Origin: Schmidtea nova
Taxonomy: Eukaryota
Length of the DNA: 63,571 bases
Direction of reading: 5' to 3'
Assembly (NCBI GenBank): GCA_044892505.1
Contig: CM097882.1
Location: forward strand, 13,516,430 to 13,580,000
Part shown: positions 48,428 to 58,548 of the stretch, piece by piece
How the letters are laid out: every line of letters starts with the position of its first letter
Numbering within the stretch: position 1 is the first letter of the stretch
Made by a program: the position numbers and the translations under genes
The notes under the pieces: generated by a model
Database searches by the model: none
What the model saw: the letters and a program-made list of their open reading frames with translations, nothing else
Told to the model about the DNA's origin: nothing

Positions 48428-49333
48428 TGTTCGTCTGTGTGTGCTTTTTGATTTTCTATTCGCATCTGTATGCGCTTAATTTCGAAATCTTATTTTGCTC
48501 GCGTCTGTGTGCGCGATTTTGTCTGGGTAATTTTTTAGATTGTTGTTGATTGAGTTATTTATTGATTTTTTGCTTTAGAGGAATTTATTGTTAGATTGGT
48601 TGTTTTATTATTGCAGTTTTTTGAGGGAATTTAGATTTTTTGATTCAAGAATTGAAATTAATTTAAATACAACTATGAATGAAAGCGAAAACGAAGTAGA
48701 AAACGATGAAGTTAATAATACTGATTTATCTGACGACGATTTAACAGAAAATGATGAAAAAGAAGATGATGATATGAATACAGATGATAATGAAAATAAT
48801 CCAGCAAAAGAAGACACAATGCTTTCTGAAAACAAAGATAACAATTCTATAGAAGCTGATGTGGAAATCTCAGAAATTAACTCCCATATCAGATGTCGCT
48901 TTCGCAATGATTCAAATGAACTCTTCAGATGTCGCTTTCGCAATGATTCAAATGAACTCTTCAGATGTCGCTTTCGCAATGATTCAAATGAACTCTTCAG
49001 ATGTCGCTTTCGCAATGATTCAAATGAACTCTTCAGATGTCGCTTTCGCAATGATTCAAATGAACTCTTCAGATGTCGCTTTCGCAATGATTCAAATGAA
49101 CTCTTCAGATGTCGCTTTCGCAATGATTCAAATGAACTCTTCAGACTGAACCTTCTTACACTGATTAATAATAAAATCCTTGGAATCGTGTTACTTTTTA
49201 TCAAAAACATTAATTTGATTATAGCTCGAACATTTGGGCCTTTTGGTCAAATTGTCTGTGATTTTGGATCAAATCATGTAGTTATGAAAACAAATAAAGA
49301 TTCTCACTCGGACGTTCAATCAATGATTTTTCA
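48428..49333 (+). repeat. 5' LTR (906 bp; seven 36-bp repeats at 48890-49141)
   Basis: Matches 53699-54568 except for one extra repeat unit. Confidence 0.95.
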
Positions 49334-52300
49334 TGGTAGCAGAGCGTGGTTCCCACCGGGGGGCCACGCACACTCTGGAAAGCCGTTAGTCGACCTTTTT
49401 ATTAAACATTCTTTTATGCCTTTTGTAAAAATATTAAAATGGGTTAAATTTGTAATTGGAGTATGGACCAACATTCCCTCCCAGGCGCGTTTTGAATGGA
49501 AAGTGAAAGTTGGAATGGCTTGGCCACCGGATATTGTGAAAGACGGCTGCTATGGGCCCCAGCATTCTTTTAAATTCCGGGAAATGTTGCAACAAGATAA
49601 AATTTTGAAAGGCTTAGAACCTTTTGTAGGAATAAGGGGAGATAAAAGTAATCATAAAAAGTTCTATAATCAAATTGTTAAAAATATTAAATTGGGTAAT
49701 CATGAAGACCGGGTAAATATGAATAGAATAGGGAAATTATTGAGTTTTTATTCAATAGCAAGTGGTGATGAAAGGACAAGTCTAAAGGATAATAGTTCGC
49801 GAGTGAAAGAAAAGGAAACGGAGTCCACTTTACATTTTGTTTTGCGATTGAGACGTAGAATACAGATTTTTGTTAAGACTCTAGCAGGTAAAACCATAAC
49901 ATTGGAAGTTGAACCGAGGGACTCTATTGAGAAAATAAAAGCCAGGATCCAAGAGAAAGAGGGAATCCCGCCTGATCAACAGAGATTGATATTTGCAGGT
50001 AAACAATTAGGAGGCGAAAGAATCCTGTCAGATTACCACATTCAAAAGGGGTCTACTATTCATCTGGCACTGAGATTGTGTGGAGGGAATGATGAAGAGG
50101 AGGAATTAGAGGAAGGATTGAGAAAGAAGAGGAGTGTCAAATATAGATTGACGAAATTAAGAAACAGGTGGATGAATGATATGTTGGCAGAAGATGCAAC
50201 ACATGTCCTTGATGAATATCAGGAAGCTATGGAAAGTGCCATAGAGAGTTTTGAAAGATTGGTGGATATTAGTAAAAGATTAGGAAGGTCAGATACAACA
50301 ACGGGGCTAGAATCGGACTTACAAGAGATAGAAAATAAGAACGAGAAGGTGGAAGAGTTAATTTCGTCAAAGGCCAATCAGTCAGTTAGGTCGGATGACA
50401 GCAATACAATTAAAGAGATCAATGGAAATGAAACGAAGAAAAGACTAGAAAAGATGCAGAAGATACGGATCCAGATATTTGATGGACACCAAAAAGAATA
50501 TGAAAGTTGGAAAGCCGCTTTCCATACGTGTGTTGATAGTGCCCATGGAGATGATGATGAAAAGATGTTACACCTTCGATCCTATCTGAAAGGTGAACCG
50601 CTAAGGCTGATCGAAAATTTAGGATTTTCTGCAACGGGTTATAAAATGGCAAAAGAAAAGCTTGATAAAAGATATGGCGGGGAAGAACGAAATTACTTAG
50701 CTGCTCTGGAAGATATCGACAGGTTCCGACCCGTGCGTGAAAATGAAATGCTGGAAATCGAGGCGTTTGTTGGGCTATTGGAAACGCTAGAAGTTAGAAT
50801 TATTAATAATAGACGAGAGGGCGAAATGAACAATAGTTACTTATTGAAGAGATGCCTGCAAAAGCTACCCTGCTCGCTGCTATACAAGTGGAAGAAAGAC
50901 TTTAAGGAGAGAAAGGTAACCGAATGTATCCAAGATTTGAGAAATTGGTTACAAGATGAAGTCGAGCTGTTAAGATCAACAAGAGAAACCCTTTATGGAG
51001 TCGGGGATGGCAATAGAAGAAACGATTGGAAGAGACAGGATGGACCGTCAAGAGAACTTGGGAATCCAAGGCAAGGGAACCGGACACTTGTTGGGCAAGT
51101 AGCAGATTGGAAGGAAGACAAGACAAACATACCAAGAGACGGATTGTTGAGTACAAAGTTGAAGTGTTGGAAATGCAAGGAAAATCATTACTTGGATCAA
51201 TGCAGAGAATTCAAAGAAATGAACCCCGCAATGCGACGTAAAGCAGTAGGAGACTGGAAGTTATGCTTTAATTGTTTAAAGTCTAATCATGTAGCGTCGG
51301 AATGTCGAAAGGCTTCATTCTGTACTAGAGAAGGGTGTAAGCTGAAACACAGTAACCTACTGCATGTGGATCAGTCAGAGTCCAAAAGGAAGGAAAACAC
51401 ATTGATGTCGGCTACTAAAGATGAATTATTAAAAAGGGAGCGAAAATACCTAAGCTTGAGGACGATACCGATCTACCTTGAGCATGGAGCGAAGAAAATT
51501 AAAGTAAATGCGCTGTTAGACGATGCAAGCTCCATTAGCTACATAAGTCAGAGCATTGCAGACGAGTTGGGTCTGAAGGGGAAAGAGGAAATAGTTCCTG
51601 TGAGCGTCATCGGAGGTCATATTCAAAATATGACAACAAGAATAGTCACGATGACGTTGATAAGTTATGATCAGAAGATGAGGAAAAAGTTTACAGCTGC
51701 AGCGGTGAAGAGTGTAACCGGGGAAATGCGAGTGATAAATTGGGCAAAGGAAAAATGGAAATGGGAACATCTAAAGGATATACGGTTTCCAATGCTTGAT
51801 GAACGGCAAGTGGTGCAAGTTCTTATCGGAGCCGATTATTTAGGGTTGCAAAGAGCGTTGAAGGAAGTGGATGGGAAGATGAATGAACCGATTGCGAGAT
51901 TAACGCCGTTAGGCTGGACCTGTGTTGGTAATACGTCGATAAGAAAGCTGGGGAGTCACCAGAGTAATTTTACGCGAACGTTTTTTGGCCAGAGAGACGG
52001 ATTGGAAGACCAAATGCAAAGGTTTTGGAAAATTGATGAAATCGGGCTAAAGGAATATATCGAGAGTTTTGCACTTAAAGCTCAGGAAGAAGTTTTTAGT
52101 GAAAATCAAACTGGTGATAGCGATTTTAATTCAAATCAAAATGAAGATAACACGAAAAAGTATAATATGGCTGGTGAAATGATTGACAACTCTGAGTCGG
52201 TTGATATTGCAAGCGAGGAAGGAATAAATACTTCGTCAAACGAATTAGTGCGAAATGTAATGACGGAAATTGAATCGACAATGGTAGTAAAAGATGAGCG

Positions 52301-53573
52301 GGCAGTAAATGAATATAATTTTGAAGAAAACTGCATTGTCGATGAGAAAATTGTGGAAAATATAAATGATATCGAAGAAACTTGTAAAATTGAGGAAATT
52401 ATTGGAGATAACTCTTTTAATGGGGAAAATATTGAGCATGGAACAGTTGAAAATTCCAAAGTTGATAAAAGTGACGATGAAAAGGTTAATGATATTGAAA
52501 CAAATCTAGAAGATGATGGCAAAATTACCAAATATGTCAGTAATAAAGGTGAAAAAGTAGAAACGATTGAACGAATAAATTGTCCGGTTATAATTGCAGA
52601 GAGAACAGGTAGTGAACAGTCAGCATTTCTTCTAATGAAAAGTAAAGATGCAATTAGTGGCAATAAAATGGGATCATTTGACATGGTTGTGAAAGGTTCA
52701 ACTGGTGATGATGAAGTTCTGGCTGATAAGTCGGATTTAGTAATACAACTTCATTCAAAGATAGAAGATCTTGAAAATAAAATAAAAACGGGCGAATTGG
52801 AATATAAAAGGGAAATTAATGAATCAAAAGTAAAATTTGCGAATTTAGCTAAAACTGTAGAAACGTTATCAGCTAAGATAGAAAAGGTAAATGATATTAA
52901 TGGAAAATTGGCAACTGTAAATCGGGAACTAAAAATAAAGATTAAACGAAATGAAATCGATTTAAATGAGCTATCTGCGAAAGGAAGGCATTTAAATGTG
53001 GAGATGAAAGAAAAGGAAAATGATTACCTAGAAAAACTTCGAGAGGCTAATGACGAAATCGCTTCTCAGCAAACCTTGGTGAAGGATTTGACGGAAGTAA
53101 ATGGTAATTTAATAATTAAACTAAATGGCAATCTGGGAATGATGGAAGATAATAAATTAAACTCGAAGTCTTTAAAGATAGAAGAAGATTTCTTGAAAAT
53201 GGGACTTAGTACTAAAAAGGAGTTGGTTAAAGAAGTCTCAAGGAAATTGGGAAAGAATTTTGAAGAAGAAATTTATATTTCGAACAATATAATGAATATT
53301 GATGAAAAATTAGTCGAACCCAAAAGAGATGGCGAATTAATTGAGAGTCAGTTGATTAAATTAGAAGTTAATGGAAAGGAAAATAGAACGAAATGGTGTC
53401 TGCTGCATGGTCCGGTTGTGGGGCGTGATGGGGAAATTACAAAGGTTCGGATATTGTGCTATACAGCTGCAAAATTCATAAATAAATGCATCATGCAAGA
53501 GGCATGGATGCAAAGAATTGATTGGAAGGAAATACTTCCTCAGGAGGTGATGAAAAAGGAAAACCAATGTTGA
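48675..53573 (+). CDS. 1632-aa fusion: acidic region, 12-aa repeats, UBA1-like fragment, linker, ubiquitin, Gag (DUF1759-like, CCHC), aspartic protease, acidic/coiled-coil, pol scraps
   Basis: First ATG at 48675 in ORF 48588-53573; [35 protein letters not shown]...[34 protein letters not shown]. Confidence 0.9.
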   Translation: MNESENEVENDEVNNTDLSDDDLTENDEKEDDDMNTDDNENNPAKEDTMLSENKDNNSIEADVEISEINSHIRCRFRNDSNELFRCRFRNDSNELFRCRFRNDSNELFRCRFRNDSNELFRCRFRNDSNELFRCRFRNDSNELFRCRFRNDSNELFRLNLLTLINNKILGIVLLFIKNINLIIARTFGPFGQIVCDFGSNHVVMKTNKDSHSDVQSMIFHGSRAWFPPGGHAHSGKPLVDLFIKHSFMPFVKILKWVKFVIGVWTNIPSQARFEWKVKVGMAWPPDIVKDGCYGPQHSFKFREMLQQDKILKGLEPFVGIRGDKSNHKKFYNQIVKNIKLGNHEDRVNMNRIGKLLSFYSIASGDERTSLKDNSSRVKEKETESTLHFVLRLRRRIQIFVKTLAGKTITLEVEPRDSIEKIKARIQEKEGIPPDQQRLIFAGKQLGGERILSDYHIQKGSTIHLALRLCGGNDEEEELEEGLRKKRSVKYRLTKLRNRWMNDMLAEDATHVLDEYQEAMESAIESFERLVDISKRLGRSDTTTGLESDLQEIENKNEKVEELISSKANQSVRSDDSNTIKEINGNETKKRLEKMQKIRIQIFDGHQKEYESWKAAFHTCVDSAHGDDDEKMLHLRSYLKGEPLRLIENLGFSATGYKMAKEKLDKRYGGEERNYLAALEDIDRFRPVRENEMLEIEAFVGLLETLEVRIINNRREGEMNNSYLLKRCLQKLPCSLLYKWKKDFKERKVTECIQDLRNWLQDEVELLRSTRETLYGVGDGNRRNDWKRQDGPSRELGNPRQGNRTLVGQVADWKEDKTNIPRDGLLSTKLKCWKCKENHYLDQCREFKEMNPAMRRKAVGDWKLCFNCLKSNHVASECRKASFCTREGCKLKHSNLLHVDQSESKRKENTLMSATKDELLKRERKYLSLRTIPIYLEHGAKKIKVNALLDDASSISYISQSIADELGLKGKEEIVPVSVIGGHIQNMTTRIVTMTLISYDQKMRKKFTAAAVKSVTGEMRVINWAKEKWKWEHLKDIRFPMLDERQVVQVLIGADYLGLQRALKEVDGKMNEPIARLTPLGWTCVGNTSIRKLGSHQSNFTRTFFGQRDGLEDQMQRFWKIDEIGLKEYIESFALKAQEEVFSENQTGDSDFNSNQNEDNTKKYNMAGEMIDNSESVDIASEEGINTSSNELVRNVMTEIESTMVVKDERAVNEYNFEENCIVDEKIVENINDIEETCKIEEIIGDNSFNGENIEHGTVENSKVDKSDDEKVNDIETNLEDDGKITKYVSNKGEKVETIERINCPVIIAERTGSEQSAFLLMKSKDAISGNKMGSFDMVVKGSTGDDEVLADKSDLVIQLHSKIEDLENKIKTGELEYKREINESKVKFANLAKTVETLSAKIEKVNDINGKLATVNRELKIKIKRNEIDLNELSAKGRHLNVEMKEKENDYLEKLREANDEIASQQTLVKDLTEVNGNLIIKLNGNLGMMEDNKLNSKSLKIEEDFLKMGLSTKKELVKEVSRKLGKNFEEEIYISNNIMNIDEKLVEPKRDGELIESQLIKLEVNGKENRTKWCLLHGPVVGRDGEITKVRILCYTAAKFINKCIMQEAWMQRIDWKEILPQEVMKKENQC
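49203..49329 (+). other. Ubiquitin-activating enzyme E1 (UBA1)-like fragment inside the LTR (second copy 54438-54564)
   Basis: [31 protein letters not shown] resembles UBA1 [20 protein letters not shown]. Confidence 0.7.
49334..49351 (+). promoter_or_regulatory. Primer binding site, tRNA-iMet type
   Basis: TGGTAGCAGAGCGTGGTT directly after the LTR-terminal CA. Confidence 0.9.
49860..50087 (+). other. Ubiquitin domain (76 aa, ends LRLCGG), preceded by a partial ubiquitin tail ending LRLRRR
   Basis: [19 protein letters not shown]...LALRLCGG; 59/76 identical to canonical ubiquitin by hand count. Confidence 0.97.
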
Positions 53574-53685
53574 TGTTATCAGACAACGGTACTAATTTCG
53601 TGGGAGCAACGGGGGAAGTGAGAGATGTGAGAATCGACGGTTATAAGATAACGAAGGAGTTAACGAGGAGAGTTGACGAGGAGTC

Positions 53686-53698
53686 AAAAGGGGGGGAA
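53686..53698 (+). promoter_or_regulatory. Polypurine tract
   Basis: aaaagggggggaa directly before the 3' LTR TG. Confidence 0.9.
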
Positions 53699-54568
53699 TG
53701 TTCGTCTGTGTGTGCTTTTTGATTTTCTATTCGCATCTGTATGCGCTTAATTTCGAAATCTTATTTTGCTCGCGTCTGTGTGCGCGATTTTGTCTGGGTA
53801 ATTTTTTAGATTGTTGTTGATTGAGTTATTTATTGATTTTTTGCTTTAGAGGAATTTATTGTTAGATTGGTTGTTTTATTATTGCAGTTTTTTGAGGGAA
53901 TTTAGATTTTTTGATTCAAGAATTGAAATTAATTTAAATACAACTATGAATGAAAGCGAAAACGAAGTAGAAAACGATGAAGTTAATAATACTGATTTAT
54001 CTGACGACGATTTAACAGAAAATGATGAAAAAGAAGATGATGATATGAATACAGATGATAATGAAAATAATCCAGCAAAAGAAGACACAATGCTTTCTGA
54101 AAACAAAGATAACAATTCTATAGAAGCTGATGTGGAAATCTCAGAAATTAACTCCCATATCAGATGTCGCTTTCGCAATGATTCAAATGAACTCTTCAGA
54201 TGTCGCTTTCGCAATGATTCAAATGAACTCTTCAGATGTCGCTTTCGCAATGATTCAAATGAACTCTTCAGATGTCGCTTTCGCAATGATTCAAATGAAC
54301 TCTTCAGATGTCGCTTTCGCAATGATTCAAATGAACTCTTCAGATGTCGCTTTCGCAATGATTCAAATGAACTCTTCAGACTGAACCTTCTTACACTGAT
54401 TAATAATAAAATCCTTGGAATCGTGTTACTTTTTATCAAAAACATTAATTTGATTATAGCTCGAACATTTGGGCCTTTTGGTCAAATTGTCTGTGATTTT
54501 GGATCAAATCATGTAGTTATGAAAACAAATAAAGATTCTCACTCGGACGTTCAATCAATGATTTTTCA
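53699..54568 (+). repeat. 3' LTR (870 bp; six 36-bp repeats at 54161-54376)
   Basis: Direct repeat of the 5' LTR. Confidence 0.95.
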
Positions 54569-55308
54569 ACATGAATTAAATTCGATCATAGTGTTTTGAC
54601 GCGGTCTTGTCAGCTCATTCACGACGCATGAAAAACAACGCTGTGAGTGACGTATTGATGTCCAGATCCTGTTGAGCCAAATATTAGGGGTGGCAGAAAC
54701 AACTCTTGTGGATGCGATTACTTACCCATCTGGCTTTTAAGGAACAGGCAATACCGCTTTTTACGACTGGCAATATTAAAACATATTGTCTTCATCTTGT
54801 CTTCTCTTATATTTATACAAATTAATAATAAGTTATCATAATTAAAAAAAATTATATTAAAAATAACAATACTTAGAAAAATAGTAATTAACAAAAATAA
54901 TTATGATAAAAATAATTAATAAAAATAAGAAACGTGTGAAAATAAAATAATAATAAATAATAAAAATAAAAATTAGAAACGCTGTAACTTTTATTTAACC
55001 GAAGTTAAAATAAAATAATTTTTATTCACAATTGTTTTTATAAGTTGGCTTAATTTTCAGTCACTGTTTTCTATTTTCTTTTGTTTTGCCAATATTATCC
55101 GCGATATCTTTAGTTATTATTGTAGTGCCTCCGTCATATTCATAATATAAATATTTATATATAAATTAAATAAAATAAAATATTATAAGATTATATATAT
55201 ATATATATATTATCATAATTATCTTTTTTCACCTTTGATCTTTTTTTATTATTATTATCAATAATTCTCATAATGACTATAGATCAAAATTTTTTTTTAT
55301 AAACAATA

Positions 55309-55341
55309 ACACAATATTTCGGCACAGCCTTTATCAAGTGT
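55309..55341 (-). ncRNA. Variant minimal hammerhead motif in pLTR
   Basis: Reverse complement of 61231-61263. Confidence 0.65.
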
Positions 55342-55440
55342 GTATTTCTATCGTTATATTTACTTAATCCTAAATAGTAGCCTTAATTATTTTTTTAATA
55401 TTTTATAATGATTTTATTGGATGAAAAAATTTATTTTATT

Positions 55441-58042
55441 TTAATTTTTTTGTGCGAATTGAATGTTGATGGACAGTTTGTATTTTTTTATGAAAAAAGT
55501 CTCGGAAGCTAATCTTTGTAATGAATTTTTGAATCCCTCTTGTAGGATCTGGCATTTTGTTTCTTCTATAGATGGAGTTGTTTTATGTACTTTTTCCCAG
55601 TGTTCGTAATAATTACTGGTTTTGATTTTAGTATGTTCATTAAGTCGGGTGCGAAAAGTTCTATGTGTTTCTCCTATGTAAGTAGCGTCACATTTTTGAC
55701 AAGAAAGTTTATATACTATATTTTTGGAAAAGCAAAAGCATCGGGTTGTGGAACGACAAAGACATTTATGTTTGGAGATGTTGGAAATTGGTGGCTTTCG
55801 GAGTTGTGATTTTAACGGTGCGGAGGTTATGAACGTTGGACGGATGTGGATAGGCAAATCTGTTTGATTAAAAATGTTGGTGATTTTGTTGGCTGTAGTG
55901 TCATTTAGGAAAGGTAATCTTAGATATGTTGTGTGTTTGTTATTGTTATTGTGTTTCTGGCGTTTTCTATTGTTGCGTTTATTGTGGTATGGTTCGTTAA
56001 GGAAGTGTTTCTTTACAAAGTCTTCAGGGTATCCATTTTGGAGGAATCGTATTTTGAAGTTTTCTAATGTTTCTTGTATTTTGTTTGCGTCTGAACAGTT
56101 TCTTATGGCTCTTTTTCTTTCTCCTATTAGTAATGCGATTTTGCGTTGAAGTGGAACGTGGCTTTTCCATGGGAGGATATGACCGCTATGTAAACCTTTA
56201 GAATATAGCTCGGTGTTTGCATTTAGTGTATCTTGGCCTTTTGTGAAACTTACCATGGTATCTAAAAACGGTATTTTACCTTCTGTGTTCGGTGTTTCAA
56301 AAGTAAATTGTATGTTGGTGTTAGTAGAATTTGCGTGTGATAGGATTTGATTGAGAGGGATTGTGGAGACTATGAAGATGTCGTCGATGTATCGTTTCCA
56401 GAAAAGTATTTTGTCCCCAAAAAAAGATATGATCTTAGATTCTATAAAGTTCATGTAGAAGATGGCTAAGATGGGAGAAAGGTTATTACCCATGGCTAAT
56501 CCATGAATTTGTTTGAATGGTTTTTCTTTAATTATGACAGTATCTGAATTTATTGCTAATTTTAGAAGTTCTATAAAGTCTTGTTTAGTTAAGTCTGCGA
56601 GGTCAGTATTGGCTTTATGAGTTTCAAAGAAAGAAGCTGCGATATCGAAAATGTTATTCTCTCCGTGAAGAGGAATAGATCCGTAAAGATTGGAAACGTC
56701 AAGAGATCCCCAGAAGTACTGTTGTCCTGAGTTTAACGGAAGAGACGTATTTGTAATTTCGGAGACGAATTCAGTTGTGTTTTTAAGATGAGAAGGAACC
56801 AAAGGCAAAAGTGTTTTTAGAATTTCTGAAAGAACTTTAGAAAGTGTTGTGGAAGGAGTGTCAACTGCAGATACAAGAGGTCTACCTTTTAAAGGACTTT
56901 TGTGATCTTTAGGTAACATAGTCATATTACTAGGTAAAGGCTCACTGCAGTTGCATTTTAAAAGTAAATCTTTGATTTGAAGGTTAATTTGTTTATTTGC
57001 AAGTGTTGAAAGTTTCTTATTGTATAAAATCTGAGTCGATGCAGGTAAGATTATTTTGTTTATCGGTTCATAGTTCGAGAGATGTTCTTCAAATAGAGTA
57101 TTGTATTGTTCTGTGTCAAGAGCAATTAGTCGATTTGTTTTATCTGATGGAAGAATTGTGAAGTCTTTGGAATTCTTAATTTTCTTTATGTTTGAAGTGA
57201 AAGAATTTTGTGTTGAGCAATGTTTTTCAAGAAAGATAATTTGTTCTCTGACTAAAGTTTTGACTTTAGTTTCTAAACAGCTGAGTTTTTCTTCAAGTTC
57301 AGTCGAAAAGACAGGCATATTTGGATATGTTCTACGATTTGGATCCAGAAGATGATTGTGCTTTTCAGCTAAACTTGAAGATTTGGTGGATGAAATTGGT
57401 TTTAGATGGTATCCTATTTGTCTTCTTAGGCTTATAAGAGAGGCGTTAGTGATGATTTCGGCTTTTTCTAAATCTTTCTGGTTAGGTGGAGGAACAAAAG
57501 ATGGTCCTAGAGCGAGGATGTTTTCTTGTGTTTTTGAAAAAATGTGATTAGATTTGTTTGTAAATGGAAGAATTGAATTTGAGTGTGAGTTAGTGTCTTT
57601 AGTGTTGTTTGAATTTGTTGAAAGTAGCTTTTCTAATTTTTTTTTTATGCTTGCGAATGTCAAGATTTTTGGAGAAATTCTGGCAACAAGTATTATCTTC
57701 ACAAGTAAGAGGAGCACAAGGAAAACTAGTAAATTCGTTTAGCTTTTTGTAACAAGCTGAAATGCTAAGCTTAAGCCATTCTTTTTCCTGTTTTTCTTTA
57801 AGCTTCAATGCTTGTAAAGATGGATAGGTTGATTCCAGTTTGTTGGTAACAGTCAGGCCCACGGGAATGATGTTTCTTCTTTTGCATTCTTTTAAAAAAT
57901 GTAAGTGTGATTTGATTTTGATGATTTTGAGACTATAAAATAACGATAGATCTACTCGGTGATGGGCGTCCGCCAATATACTATCATAATTATCTTTTTT
58001 CACCTTTGATCTTTTTTTATTATTATTATCAATAATTCTCAT
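55441..58042 (-). pseudogene. Penelope RT/GIY-YIG ORF, frameshifted at the T10 run 57637-57646 (6 nt in copy C)
   Basis: SLDVSNLYGSIP, GLAMGNNLSP, RYIDDIF, IPFLD, VYKLSC...YIGET. Confidence 0.88.
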
Positions 58043-58079
58043 AATGACTATAGATCAAAATTTTTTTTTATAAACAATA

Positions 58080-58112
58080 ACACAATATTTCGGCACAGCC
58101 TTTATCAAGTGT
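58080..58112 (-). ncRNA. Variant minimal hammerhead motif in pLTR
   Basis: Reverse complement of 61231-61263. Confidence 0.65.
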
Positions 58113-58548
58113 GTATTTCTATCGTTATATTTACTTAATCCTAAATAGTAGCCTTAATTATTTTTTTAATATTTTATAATGATTTTATTGGATGAAAAAA
58201 TTTATTTTATTTTAATTTTTTTGTGCGAATTGAATGTTGATGGACGGTTTGTATTTTTTTATGAAAAAAGTCTCGGAAGCTAATCTTTGTAATGAATTTT
58301 TGAATCCCTCTTGTAGGATCTGGCATTTTGTTTCTTCTATAGATGGAGTTGTTTTATGTACTTTTTCCCAGTGTTCGTAATAATTACTGGTTTTGATTTT
58401 AGTATGTTCATTAAGTCGGGTGCGAAAAGTTCTATGTGTTTCTCCTATGTAAGTAGCGTCACATTTTTGACAAGAAAGTTTATATACTATATTTTTGGAA
58501 AAGCAAAAGCATCGGGTTGTGGAACGACAAAGACATTTATGTTTGGAG

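Larger units (their letters stand above)
48428..54568 (+). mobile_element. BEL/Pao-derived LTR element lacking RT, carrying ubiquitin and an E1-like fragment
   Basis: TG...CA LTRs 48428-49333 and 53699-54568, 5-bp TSD ACATG (48423-48427, 54569-54573), PBS, PPT, BEL-type Gag and protease. Confidence 0.95.

Noticed and set aside
48890-49141. 36-bp direct repeats as a CRISPR array
   Set aside because: Units are contiguous with no spacers, lie in a eukaryotic LTR, and there are no cas genes.
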